From Candidatus Altiarchaeota archaeon (GTDB taxonomy: Archaea; Altiarchaeota; Altiarchaeia; IMC4; SCGC-AAA252-I15): DNA of 64,000 bases. The stretch is taken from assembly GCA_043800705.1 (NCBI GenBank), contig JAZDMS010000034.1, positions 1,827-65,826 of the forward strand. The letters run 5' to 3'. The position numbers and the translations under genes were made by a program. This document shows, one piece after another, positions 27,977 through 36,473 of this stretch (the first letter of the stretch is position 1; each line of letters starts with the position of its first letter). The notes beneath the pieces are model-generated. The model ran no database searches and was not told where the DNA came from. It was given only the letters and a program-made list of their open reading frames with translations.

Positions 27977-28849
27977 TCAAACGCCCTCCGTCTTCGCGTC
28001 GAAGCAGTAATGCCGTCTCTCGTCGTTGTCGGCGGAAACTCTGAACCTGATCTCGGAATCCTCCGAAGAGTATGCGGAGGTGTCGAATGATGCCCCGACC
28101 CATCCCGGCTTGTCCGGGTTCGTCAACTTCCCGAGCGCCGTTCCTGACACAGACACCTCGAGGTAGACCGTTCCCCCGGTTGTGCCTACCTTGTCGTCCG
28201 CCACTGCCGAAGAGACCGTCAAACGGTTCCCGAGGCGGACGCCGCTGAAGACGAGTTCTATCGTCGTGCCGTTCCTAGGATGCACGAACATGCAAAGCCT
28301 ACTTTGGCCGCCGGAGGTGACGACCTTCCGTTCGATCTTCTGCCAGTACTCGGTGTAGCAGTCCCTGCTGAGGGCCCCCTTAGTGAACCCGCATCTTCTC
28401 GTGCCCGATGCGGAGATCATATAGATCGAGGGGTCGGCGGCGATGAGGCTCCCCTGCCTCTGTGCCTTGGAGCCGACTGCAGCCGCCTTCCTCACGAGGA
28501 TGCCCTGCACATTCTGGGAGTACACGGCCTGGTATCCCTGCGGCAGCGGGTTCTCGTCCAGTGTCAAGAGCCAGTATGATTCGCAGCCGCGGCATTCGCT
28601 CAGGTTGAAGCCCCCGAACCTTCCGAGGTCCGTCGCGTAGTTGTAAAGCCAGCCGGGGTCGAATGCTATGGGTTCGCCGCCGTAGCCGGAGGCTGACATG
28701 ACCGACTTCGCCTGATCCCATGCCTGCCCCCCAGGCTTGTTAAGGAATATCCCGAAGTTCTTGAGATATGCTGCGCCAAGGACAGCATATACTGCAAGGG
28801 ACAGGATCAGGATCGTCCACGCAGTCTTGGCGCTGAGCTGTTTTTTCAT
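27977..28849 (-). CDS. Membrane-anchored protein with a Cys/HP beta-sandwich (NPCBM-like) domain
   Basis: MKKQLS start overlaps the upstream stop (ATGA); TM anchor; CMFVHP...RRHYCFDA. Confidence 0.7.
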   Translation of the reverse strand: MKKQLSAKTAWTILILSLAVYAVLGAAYLKNFGIFLNKPGGQAWDQAKSVMSASGYGGEPIAFDPGWLYNYATDLGRFGGFNLSECRGCESYWLLTLDENPLPQGYQAVYSQNVQGILVRKAAAVGSKAQRQGSLIAADPSIYMISASGTRRCGFTKGALSRDCYTEYWQKIERKVVTSGGQSRLCMFVHPRNGTTIELVFSGVRLGNRLTVSSAVADDKVGTTGGTVYLEVSVSGTALGKLTNPDKPGWVGASFDTSAYSSEDSEIRFRVSADNDERRHYCFDAKTEGV

Positions 28850-31407
28850 TTTAGGTAGGCGTTGAAAAAGAAGTGGGCCCACCTGTCGCTTCGGGCCTTC
28901 GTCTCGAATGTTATGTTCGCGGGACCTCGCGGGAGGCTGGTGAGCTCAAAACTGGTCCAGCCTTCGCGTTTCCAAAGCGTGTCGGACAAGACCCGTTTCC
29001 CGTTCACATAGACGGTGAAGGTTGTGTCGGTCCCCTGCGGCATCTCCTTCAGGGCGACGTCGTCGAATCCAAAGAAGCCTTCGAGCGCTCCACGGGATGG
29101 CACGTTGAAGTATTCGATACGCTTCGTCTTCCCGGCATGGGGGTGGACCCATAGGACATCCTCGTATATTCCCCCGTTCGAGGCGTATGTCCTTGCGTAG
29201 GTCCTCCAGATGGCGTTCTTCCTGGCTAGGTCGGGTTCGCAGTCCCATCGCTCATACAGCTTGAGGCTCTGGAAGGGCGGCGCCTTCTCGGCGTGCGGGT
29301 ATATGGAGTCGTTCTGCCAGATGCCGCATGCGGCAGAATCCCCCTTTTCGTCTATGAGGGAGACCTTCGCCAGCCCTATGTTGCGGAAGAAGTAGTCGTC
29401 CGAGGCGAGGAGGCGCTCATCGGAGACCTCTGCGTTGAAGCACAGGTGCCTCTTCTCGTCGTAGTCCGTGTATATCCTGAAGCTGACGCCTTTTCTGCCG
29501 GCATACGCAGACGTGTCGACCGTGTATGCGAAGTATCCCGGAACGCTCGGTATGATGACTCTGTCTATCATCTGGGCGCCCGCCAGGACGTCGACGTAGC
29601 AGGGGGACATCAAATGTTCCTCAGCCACGAAACCGTCCTCGATGCCGGCCCAGACCGTGAGGCTTTCGCGGAGGGTTTCGTCCTTGTAGGCGATCTCCAC
29701 TGTCTGGTTCTGCCTCGGATGCGCGAAGATGCACTCCCTCTCCTGAGCGCCTACCTGCAGGCTGACGACGTCGATGTTCTGCCAGTATTCCCCGAAGCAC
29801 TGCTGAGCGTTCTCTGCCCGCCGGCAGTCGATTGTCCTGCCGTTTTCTATCAGGTTCACGCCGGCTTGTTTGAATTTTCCAGACAGCAGGTCCGTCGGCT
29901 TGATTTTCTTCAGCTCATGGACGTACACGCCGTCCATAGCCCAAGTCCTTGTGAATCGGAAGACTTCCTTGAATTTCTCCGTTTTCGTCGGCCAGTCATC
30001 GTCGTCGTGTATGAGTATTATGTTGTCGGCATTTGGCAGCCTGACGTCCTTGAGGCTCTCATACGCCCGGACCTTTTTGCCGTCGAGGTACAGCTTGCTG
30101 AACGCGTCCTGGAACCTCCAGCCGTGGACGACGACTATCTCCTGTCCGTCGTATATCCCGTTCACTATCTGGCCGGCATCCTTCCAGTCTGGGAAGGCGA
30201 GCCCCTGGAAGAAAACACAGAAGAAAGCGGAATAGGATACGATGAGGAATGCGGTCGCGACATTCAGGACCCATTTGAACCGTATCCTGGGCAGGGCGTT
30301 GGCGGCAAGGAATACGATGATAGGGGCTGCGAGGATGAAGTATCGCAGGCGGACTATGGTGTATTTAGACGCTATGAAGCCCCCGACCAGGGTGATTATC
30401 GCCTGCAGAATGAGGAGGCGCGCGAAGCCGTTTCGGACATTGGATATGATGCCATATGCCGCCAGGATGAGAAGCAGACACATGAAGGCCTGCCGCCATA
30501 CCCCCTCTACGCTGTCAAGGAGGAGTATGTGATTGGACACTGCCCGGTAATAGTCTGCGATCTCCTTCAGGCTCAGCTGCCCGACGTCCAGGCCCTTGGC
30601 CCCCCCGGACTGGCTCGTGGTCAGGTGCTGCTGGGCCTTACCGAGCTGATACGAGACCGGGGCCGAGACGATAAGGATGATGACCGCAGGTATGATGAAT
30701 TTTTTCAGGCTCATCCTGCGCAAGACGATGAGGGAGAGGGAGTAGACGGAGTATCCGAGGACTACCCCGAAACCCGGCAGACAGATTCCGGGCAGTATGG
30801 CCGCCGACAGGCCCCACAGGAGCTGATGCTTCAGCGACCCGGTCTGCCTGAACCTGATGAAGAACACATACGACAGGAGCGACAGGAATGCGAAGACCAT
30901 CCAATACTTCGGATCGAAGACAAACCAGACCACGAGCGGATTCAACGCGACCAGGAACGAGGACAGGAGCGCGCCGAAGCGGCTGCCGAACGTCAGCATC
31001 GAGGCACGGTACGTCGCGACTATGAGCCCCATATAGCACATGAAAAGGAGCGACCTGATGGAAACGCCCCCCATGCCGAAAAAGGCGGTCCAACCCTTCA
31101 GGATCAGGAAGTAGACGGGCGGCTGGTCCGCCCAGACCTCCTGGTTGATGAGCTTTCCAACCGGGTTCGTGGAGATGTTGACGTACTCCATACCCTCATG
31201 GAATGACATGAAGACCTTCGCGTTCCATACGACGAGGGCACCGATGAATAGGATGGCAATCAAGGCCTTGTCACGGGGCACGAGGCCGAGTATCAGCCCA
31301 TTGGCTTCCGGCGTCTTTGGCGAAGCGGCACCTGCCGCAGCCTGATCTGTCGAGGTATCCGCGTTCGCCGTTTTCTTCGTTTGTTGCGTCTTTCGATGAA
31401 TTTTCAA
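28846..31407 (-). CDS. GT-C (PMT/ArnT-like) glycosyltransferase with two C-terminal beta-sandwich domains
   Basis: DQPPVYF..L..W, many TM helices, RYFI, PDWK; two copies of the HP...(C/F)FNA domain. Confidence 0.8.
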   Translation of the reverse strand: MKIHRKTQQTKKTANADTSTDQAAAGAASPKTPEANGLILGLVPRDKALIAILFIGALVVWNAKVFMSFHEGMEYVNISTNPVGKLINQEVWADQPPVYFLILKGWTAFFGMGGVSIRSLLFMCYMGLIVATYRASMLTFGSRFGALLSSFLVALNPLVVWFVFDPKYWMVFAFLSLLSYVFFIRFRQTGSLKHQLLWGLSAAILPGICLPGFGVVLGYSVYSLSLIVLRRMSLKKFIIPAVIILIVSAPVSYQLGKAQQHLTTSQSGGAKGLDVGQLSLKEIADYYRAVSNHILLLDSVEGVWRQAFMCLLLILAAYGIISNVRNGFARLLILQAIITLVGGFIASKYTIVRLRYFILAAPIIVFLAANALPRIRFKWVLNVATAFLIVSYSAFFCVFFQGLAFPDWKDAGQIVNGIYDGQEIVVVHGWRFQDAFSKLYLDGKKVRAYESLKDVRLPNADNIILIHDDDDWPTKTEKFKEVFRFTRTWAMDGVYVHELKKIKPTDLLSGKFKQAGVNLIENGRTIDCRRAENAQQCFGEYWQNIDVVSLQVGAQERECIFAHPRQNQTVEIAYKDETLRESLTVWAGIEDGFVAEEHLMSPCYVDVLAGAQMIDRVIIPSVPGYFAYTVDTSAYAGRKGVSFRIYTDYDEKRHLCFNAEVSDERLLASDDYFFRNIGLAKVSLIDEKGDSAACGIWQNDSIYPHAEKAPPFQSLKLYERWDCEPDLARKNAIWRTYARTYASNGGIYEDVLWVHPHAGKTKRIEYFNVPSRGALEGFFGFDDVALKEMPQGTDTTFTVYVNGKRVLSDTLWKREGWTSFELTSLPRGPANITFETKARSDRWAHFFFNAYLK

Positions 31408-31457
31408 GCTAGGCTGTAGGTTATTAACGATTCAGGTTTTATATCTCAAACAAAACA

Positions 31458-32060
31458 ATGGAGCCCGACAAATCCCTGGAAAAAATGCTGTACATCGTCG
31501 CAGTGTGCGCGTTATTCGCCTACATGTACTTCAACCTGAACGATATGAGGGCGCAGAAGGTCTATGAGATCGGCTCAGCAGCGGATGGCTCCTTTTCCGC
31601 ATCCGACCTTATCCTGCAGGCGAAGGTCGCCGCGGGGGGAGAAAGTGGGTACGCTATTTGTCAGCCTTCCCCTAGCGGGGACATACGCAGGTGCGGGCCC
31701 GGCGATTGGAGCTACGTCGGCGCCACGGCGAAGAAGATGGCCGGCACTCTCAGAAAATGCGTGTGGGCGCACCCCATATCGGGCAAGACCATCAGGATAA
31801 CGTTCGAAGACGCAAATGTCGGGGATTCCATCGGCGGTTTCTACGGACTCTCCGACGGCTCGGAACTGGACAATCCGGGGACCGTAAACTTTACCATGTC
31901 GGTCGGCGGAAAGACCGTCTTCGATGGGGCGGCCGCCTATGCGGGGGCGCAGGAGTTCACGGTGGACACGGAACCCGGAAGGCAGACCGTGGAATTCAAG
32001 GTCTTTACAGACAACGACAGGCGGCGCTACTTCTGCTTCGACGCCTCAAGCAGCGGCTAG
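31458..32060 (+). CDS. Membrane-anchored protein with the same beta-sandwich domain
   Basis: TM anchor; CVWAHP...GFYGLSD...RRYFCFDA. Confidence 0.7.
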   Translation: MEPDKSLEKMLYIVAVCALFAYMYFNLNDMRAQKVYEIGSAADGSFSASDLILQAKVAAGGESGYAICQPSPSGDIRRCGPGDWSYVGATAKKMAGTLRKCVWAHPISGKTIRITFEDANVGDSIGGFYGLSDGSELDNPGTVNFTMSVGGKTVFDGAAAYAGAQEFTVDTEPGRQTVEFKVFTDNDRRRYFCFDASSSG

Positions 32061-32860
32061 AACCCCTTTGCCGCTATTATTTCAGGCACGGTCGCGAACA
32101 TTATGCCCCTGCCCTTGAAAGAGACTATCAGTTTCTCCAGGTCGTCCAAAGCCTTCTTCCCGACGCCGTTCGTCATGTGCGAAGGCAGCCCCTTGACGGA
32201 GGGCAGGTCGGTGAACTCCCATGGGTGGAAGTACAGGAGGGAATATCCCCTCAGGGCGAGCGCCACCCTGCAGCCAAGCATCGTGTACCAGAGCCCGATG
32301 TTGCGCATCCACCACCACGAGATCGGCAGCCCCAGGAGCGTCGACATCGGGACTTCGACTATTTTGCCGAACGTGCGGATCCCCCTCGGCTGCATCACGT
32401 CGAAGAGCCTGCCAGGAAGCACCGCGGGATGGATGGAACTGTCATATTCGAATTCAAGGTCGGTGAGGACATCGTAGAGCCTGGGATTCACGCTGTTCCT
32501 TGGGCTTCGAAAGCCCTTCGGCTTCATCCCCGCTGCGGCCTGGACGGAATCCATCCCAGCCCGTATCTCCCTCGTCAGCCTATCCGGGGACATTCCCTTC
32601 AGTTCTATGTGTTCGTTTGCGTGGCATCCGACGTCGTGTCCCTTTTCCACGAGCTCCCGGATTAGCCCGGGATAGTTCCTCGCGAATACTCCCGTGACGA
32701 AGAAGCTGGCCCTGATGCCGTGTTTCTGCAGAAGGTCGATGAGGCTCCGAAGGCCCCTCGCGGAGAAGACGTCCGACATAGTATGTTCGCTTTCCACGCC
32801 AAAGACGGCGGGCGAGTCCCATTCCTCGACGTCGAAGGACAGGCAGACTAGTGATCCCAT
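32057..32860 (-). CDS. Polysaccharide deacetylase (CE4, DUF3473-type)
   Basis: SFDVEEW, ASFFVTG, GCHANEH, GFRSP, YDSS, YFHPWE; start MGSLV at 32860. Confidence 0.9.
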   Translation of the reverse strand: MGSLVCLSFDVEEWDSPAVFGVESEHTMSDVFSARGLRSLIDLLQKHGIRASFFVTGVFARNYPGLIRELVEKGHDVGCHANEHIELKGMSPDRLTREIRAGMDSVQAAAGMKPKGFRSPRNSVNPRLYDVLTDLEFEYDSSIHPAVLPGRLFDVMQPRGIRTFGKIVEVPMSTLLGLPISWWWMRNIGLWYTMLGCRVALALRGYSLLYFHPWEFTDLPSVKGLPSHMTNGVGKKALDDLEKLIVSFKGRGIMFATVPEIIAAKGF

Positions 32861-32996
32861 CAAGGAGAATAAGGACTGGGCGGATAAAAGTATTCCAGAA
32901 TGGATGACAACGATAAACTTCTCAGCCACTATTTTAAGAGTGCGGCCCAAATAGTGATGAAAGTTGGAGGTTAATCCTCCCCGCTGACGGTAAAAA

Positions 32997-34844
32997 ATGC
33001 GCATACCCGACTTTTTCACGACAAAGATCGGCCGATTCAGGGCCTGGATGATGAGCCGTGGGGGGAGGTTCCTCAATGTTTTCACCATATTGCTTCTTTT
33101 TGCCGCCGCCCTGTCCGCAATGTATTTTGGGATGCTTTGGTACGTCCAGGAGACTTCCCAGAACACCATATACTTCACGAACTCGGCGGACTTCGCGGGA
33201 TGGACGACCTCGGACATCGACGAGTCCGTCTGGACGAAGGGGCCCATACCGTTGAATTCAGTCTACAGCGACAGCCAGCTTCTGGTGAGGACCACGCTGG
33301 TATCGGGGGGCCTGCCAGGATACGAGCAGGTCTCCGCAAGGGTCATAGCAAACGACTGCCTGAGCGAATTTTACATGAACGGACAACTTATCTTCAACGA
33401 GACCAACTGCGGGGGGTGCAGCCACTGCGTCTTGGGCGTCCAGGTCAACCTGACGGAACACCTAAGGCCTGGCGTGAACACGGTGGCGTTCAAGATACTC
33501 AACAGCGGCGGCGCCCAGGTTGGGTTCACATGGGCGCTTGAAGGCGACCTGGGGGTCAAGCTGCTTTACAGCGTGCTTCTCACACTCCTTCTGGCCGCCG
33601 TCGTATACCATATGAGGAAGGGCTTCAGGCTCCTTTCGGAGGACGTCTCCGGAAGGCATAATGCGGCCGTCTTCCTCATCCTGTGCCTGCTCGTCTACTC
33701 TTTGGTCGCCGGAGAAAGGAACTTCCAGGTGTCGGTAAGCCCCCAAAACGTCTACCTCGCTGAGGCGTACGCTCAGGGGAGGCTCGGGATGGACATGTGC
33801 CTGGAGGAGATGGTCCAGGGCGTGGACGGAAAATGCTACAACCCCCAGGGCCCGATGCCGGCCGCATTGATGGCGCCCTTCGCATATTTCTTCGGCCATA
33901 ACGTGAGCGACTACTCCTTCACCGTCTTCCTCGCCAGCCTCGCCGGGGCCGCATTCATGCTTGTGATGTTCGCTGTCAGGGCCAGGGGCGCAGGCTTGTC
34001 CGTGAGGGACGCGTGGACCTATTCGGCGCTGTTCTCCTTCGGGACCATAATGCTCGTGTACTCGACGTACGGCTCGTTCTGGATAGTGAACCAGATAACC
34101 TCCGTTTTATTCATCACCCTATTTCTCCTGTTCGTGGTGAGGGGCACGAACCCCTTCCTGGTCGGGGCATTCCTCGGGGCGAGCATGCTGGCCAGATACC
34201 ATACCGTCCTGTTCATCATCATATACTTCGCATACCTGGCCATGGACAGGGAAAAGAACTTCTGGAAGAAGGTTCATTCCGCGGCGCTCGCATCGGTCGC
34301 CTTGTCTTTGTTCCTGGGAGTGTTCCTTGCCCACAACTTTGCCAGATTCGGGGACCCGCTGGACGCGAGCTATTCCAGGTTCAACGGCGGCGTCTACTTC
34401 GATCTGAACAGGCTCGGTCCCCACCTTTCCAACGTCTTCTTCTCCCTGCCGACGAGGGTGTCGTATTATCCGTATTTCATGGTCCCGATGGAGGGCTTGA
34501 GCGTATTCCTGACGACACCCCTGTTCCTCTACATCCTAAGGATCAGATACGGTACGCCCCTGCTGAAGTCGCTGCTCATAGGATGCTCTGTATATTTCCT
34601 CTTCATCATGGCCTACCCCACGAACGGCTGGGCCCAGTTCGGGTACAGATACCTTCTGGAGATAAACCCGTTCCTGGTGGCGATGCTCGCCCTGAACAGG
34701 GAAAACTTGAAGCCTGGAAAGCTTTTCATCATGCTTCTTGTGTTAGGGATGGCCGTCAACCTGTTCGGGGCCCTTACCTTCAAGAGGCCGCCCATCGACC
34801 AGATGATTTACACGTTCGAAACCTTCCTGACGCAGACGAAGTGA
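32997..34844 (+). CDS. GT-C-like membrane protein with an N-terminal galactose-binding-like domain
   Basis: ANDCLSEFYMNG...HLRPGVNTVAF domain, then many TM helices, NFARFGDPL and QFGYRYLLE; start uncertain. Confidence 0.7.
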   Translation: MRIPDFFTTKIGRFRAWMMSRGGRFLNVFTILLLFAAALSAMYFGMLWYVQETSQNTIYFTNSADFAGWTTSDIDESVWTKGPIPLNSVYSDSQLLVRTTLVSGGLPGYEQVSARVIANDCLSEFYMNGQLIFNETNCGGCSHCVLGVQVNLTEHLRPGVNTVAFKILNSGGAQVGFTWALEGDLGVKLLYSVLLTLLLAAVVYHMRKGFRLLSEDVSGRHNAAVFLILCLLVYSLVAGERNFQVSVSPQNVYLAEAYAQGRLGMDMCLEEMVQGVDGKCYNPQGPMPAALMAPFAYFFGHNVSDYSFTVFLASLAGAAFMLVMFAVRARGAGLSVRDAWTYSALFSFGTIMLVYSTYGSFWIVNQITSVLFITLFLLFVVRGTNPFLVGAFLGASMLARYHTVLFIIIYFAYLAMDREKNFWKKVHSAALASVALSLFLGVFLAHNFARFGDPLDASYSRFNGGVYFDLNRLGPHLSNVFFSLPTRVSYYPYFMVPMEGLSVFLTTPLFLYILRIRYGTPLLKSLLIGCSVYFLFIMAYPTNGWAQFGYRYLLEINPFLVAMLALNRENLKPGKLFIMLLVLGMAVNLFGALTFKRPPIDQMIYTFETFLTQTK

Positions 34845-34884
34845 GCATGTCGCATTTATTTTCCGCCTGCTTATCTATCTTATT

Positions 34885-35697
34885 ATGAGGCATTTTGCGA
34901 GCCTGGTCCTGCTGTGCTCCTATTTCATGCTCACAGTCTGCCTCGGACTATATACCGCCCACGTTACATACCCCCTGATGTATCCGCCGCCGGGGCAGGT
35001 ACAGGTGATCGAGCCCATCGTCGCCGACCCGCAGGACGTGTCCTCGACGTTCTGGTTATTCGTCTACGTCATCATCGTGACGGCGGTCATGCTGGCCTTG
35101 ATGAGGCTGGGCCTCGGGGGGATAATCCAGGCGGCCATGTACATGTCGTTCTTTGCGGGAAGCTTCATCACGTTTTCGGCCTTCCTTGGCGAACCTGCTG
35201 CCCTAACCCTAAGCCTCGCTTCGCTGGCGGCCCTCCTAATGAGGCGCGGCGACCTCATCCTTGCGAACACCGCCATGGTGTTCACCATCTCGGGGGTGGG
35301 GGCAATACTCGGCCTCTCGCTCGGCATATGGCCGGTGTTCGCATTCATCGTCCTGTTGTCGGCCTACGATTATGTCGCGGTGTTCGTGACGAAGCATATG
35401 GTGACTTTGGCGAAGGGCAGCAAGGGCAGGTTCGGGCTGATGTTCCTGGTCCCTGTGGGGGATAGGATGATGGGACTTGGCGCCGGCGACGTCGCCATAC
35501 CGACGACGTTCGTCGTCTCGGTCTATGTGGCGCACGGCATAGGATACGCGGTCCCGACCGCATACGGTGGCCTCATCGGAGTCGTGTCGCTCTTCTATTA
35601 TCTCATGGACAGGGAAGGCGCCACGCTGCCCGCGCTTCCGCCGATAACTGCGGGACTCCTGATAGGATACGGCCTGTGCCTCTTGATACTTCGATAG
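34885..35697 (+). CDS. Presenilin-like intramembrane aspartyl protease (A22)
   Basis: YD, GLGAGD and PALP motifs in a polytopic protein. Confidence 0.9.
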   Translation: MRHFASLVLLCSYFMLTVCLGLYTAHVTYPLMYPPPGQVQVIEPIVADPQDVSSTFWLFVYVIIVTAVMLALMRLGLGGIIQAAMYMSFFAGSFITFSAFLGEPAALTLSLASLAALLMRRGDLILANTAMVFTISGVGAILGLSLGIWPVFAFIVLLSAYDYVAVFVTKHMVTLAKGSKGRFGLMFLVPVGDRMMGLGAGDVAIPTTFVVSVYVAHGIGYAVPTAYGGLIGVVSLFYYLMDREGATLPALPPITAGLLIGYGLCLLILR

Positions 35698-35700
35698 GCC

Positions 35701-35824
35701 GGTCTGCAGTCCACGGTTTTCAGTTCTCAGTTTCCAGTCTTGAGCCCGAAGTCCTTAGTCTTTCCTAAGACTGAAAACCGAAAACTCCGTCAAGACCTAA
35801 AACCGTGACCGAAGACTGGAGACC
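35701..35824. repeat. Degenerate heptamer inverted repeat after the presenilin stop
   Basis: GGTCTGC AGTCCAC GGTTTTC AGTTCTC AGTTTCC AGTCTTG ... TAAGACT GAAAACC GAAAACT ... CAAGACC TAAAACC ... GAAGACT GGAGACC. Confidence 0.85.
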
Positions 35825-35860
35825 AAGCAGTATAAAGAGACTCTGAAAAGCCGATACACC

Positions 35861-35985
35861 AGGGGGAGCCTGGCGACCTGTTTCGGTCGCCAGACCCCGT
35901 GGGGTGTATTAGCTGTCTGATGAAGCCTGTGAATCGTCCGCAGGTTTCGAATAATGCATATGCAGTCTGCGGTTAAAAACCCCCT
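35861..35985 (+). ncRNA. Candidate structured RNA (about 125 nt)
   Basis: TATAAA at 35831; closing stem AGGGGG/CCCCCT; hairpins CTGGCGACC/GGTCGCCAG, GTGTATTA/TAATGCAT, GAAGCCTGTG/CGCAGGTTTC with G-U pairs favouring plus; T-rich tail. Confidence 0.55.
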
Positions 35986-36026
35986 CTTTTTCTTCTATTA
36001 TACTAACCTTACGATATAGTTTTCTG

Positions 36027-36398
36027 ATGGACTTCAACCTCATCAACGTAGTCGAGAAGCCGTGGGGCAGGGAGATACACTTCGCGCTCGAGGGGGAGTA
36101 CGTCGGCAAGATACTTGAAGTCAAAGGCGGCCAACGACTCAGCCTCCAATACCACAAGAGGAAGAAGGAGACCATGTACCTAATCAAAGGCCGGATCAGG
36201 CTCACATTGGGCGACGAGGTCGAGGAGCTCGGGGTCGGAAAATCCGTCACTCTGGCGCCGGGGGTCACCCACCGCGTCGAGGCCCTGGAGGACAGCCAGA
36301 TAATCGAGGTATCGACGAACCATCTCGAGGACGTCGTACGCCTCGAGGACGACCACGGCAGGCATATATCATCCAAATCCGCTACAAGAAGACAATAG
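36027..36398 (+). CDS. Cupin protein (mannose-6-phosphate isomerase type II C-terminal-like)
   Basis: EKPWG, LSLQYH..K.E, HRVEA, DVVRLED. Confidence 0.88.
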   Translation: MDFNLINVVEKPWGREIHFALEGEYVGKILEVKGGQRLSLQYHKRKKETMYLIKGRIRLTLGDEVEELGVGKSVTLAPGVTHRVEALEDSQIIEVSTNHLEDVVRLEDDHGRHISSKSATRRQ

Positions 36399-36473
36399 GA
36401 GTAGGATAGAAATTTTAGTAAGGAGACTTGTAAATAACCCTGATATATACTGTTTAAGCGATAGTAATAGTTA

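Noticed and set aside
29293-31206. 637-aa plus-strand ORF
   Set aside because: Antisense shadow of the GT-C gene with no motifs; long shadow ORFs are expected at this GC content.
32861-33247. N-terminal extensions in the ORF track (deacetylase; also cdc48, fhs, 42075-43205, 47111-48511)
   Set aside because: They overlap neighbouring genes or promoters; recognisable sequence or TATA spacing points to downstream ATGs.
35917-35953. Hammerhead ribozyme (CUGAUGA followed by a stem)
   Set aside because: The stem is followed by UCGAAU rather than GAAA, and no stem III/NUH arrangement could be built.
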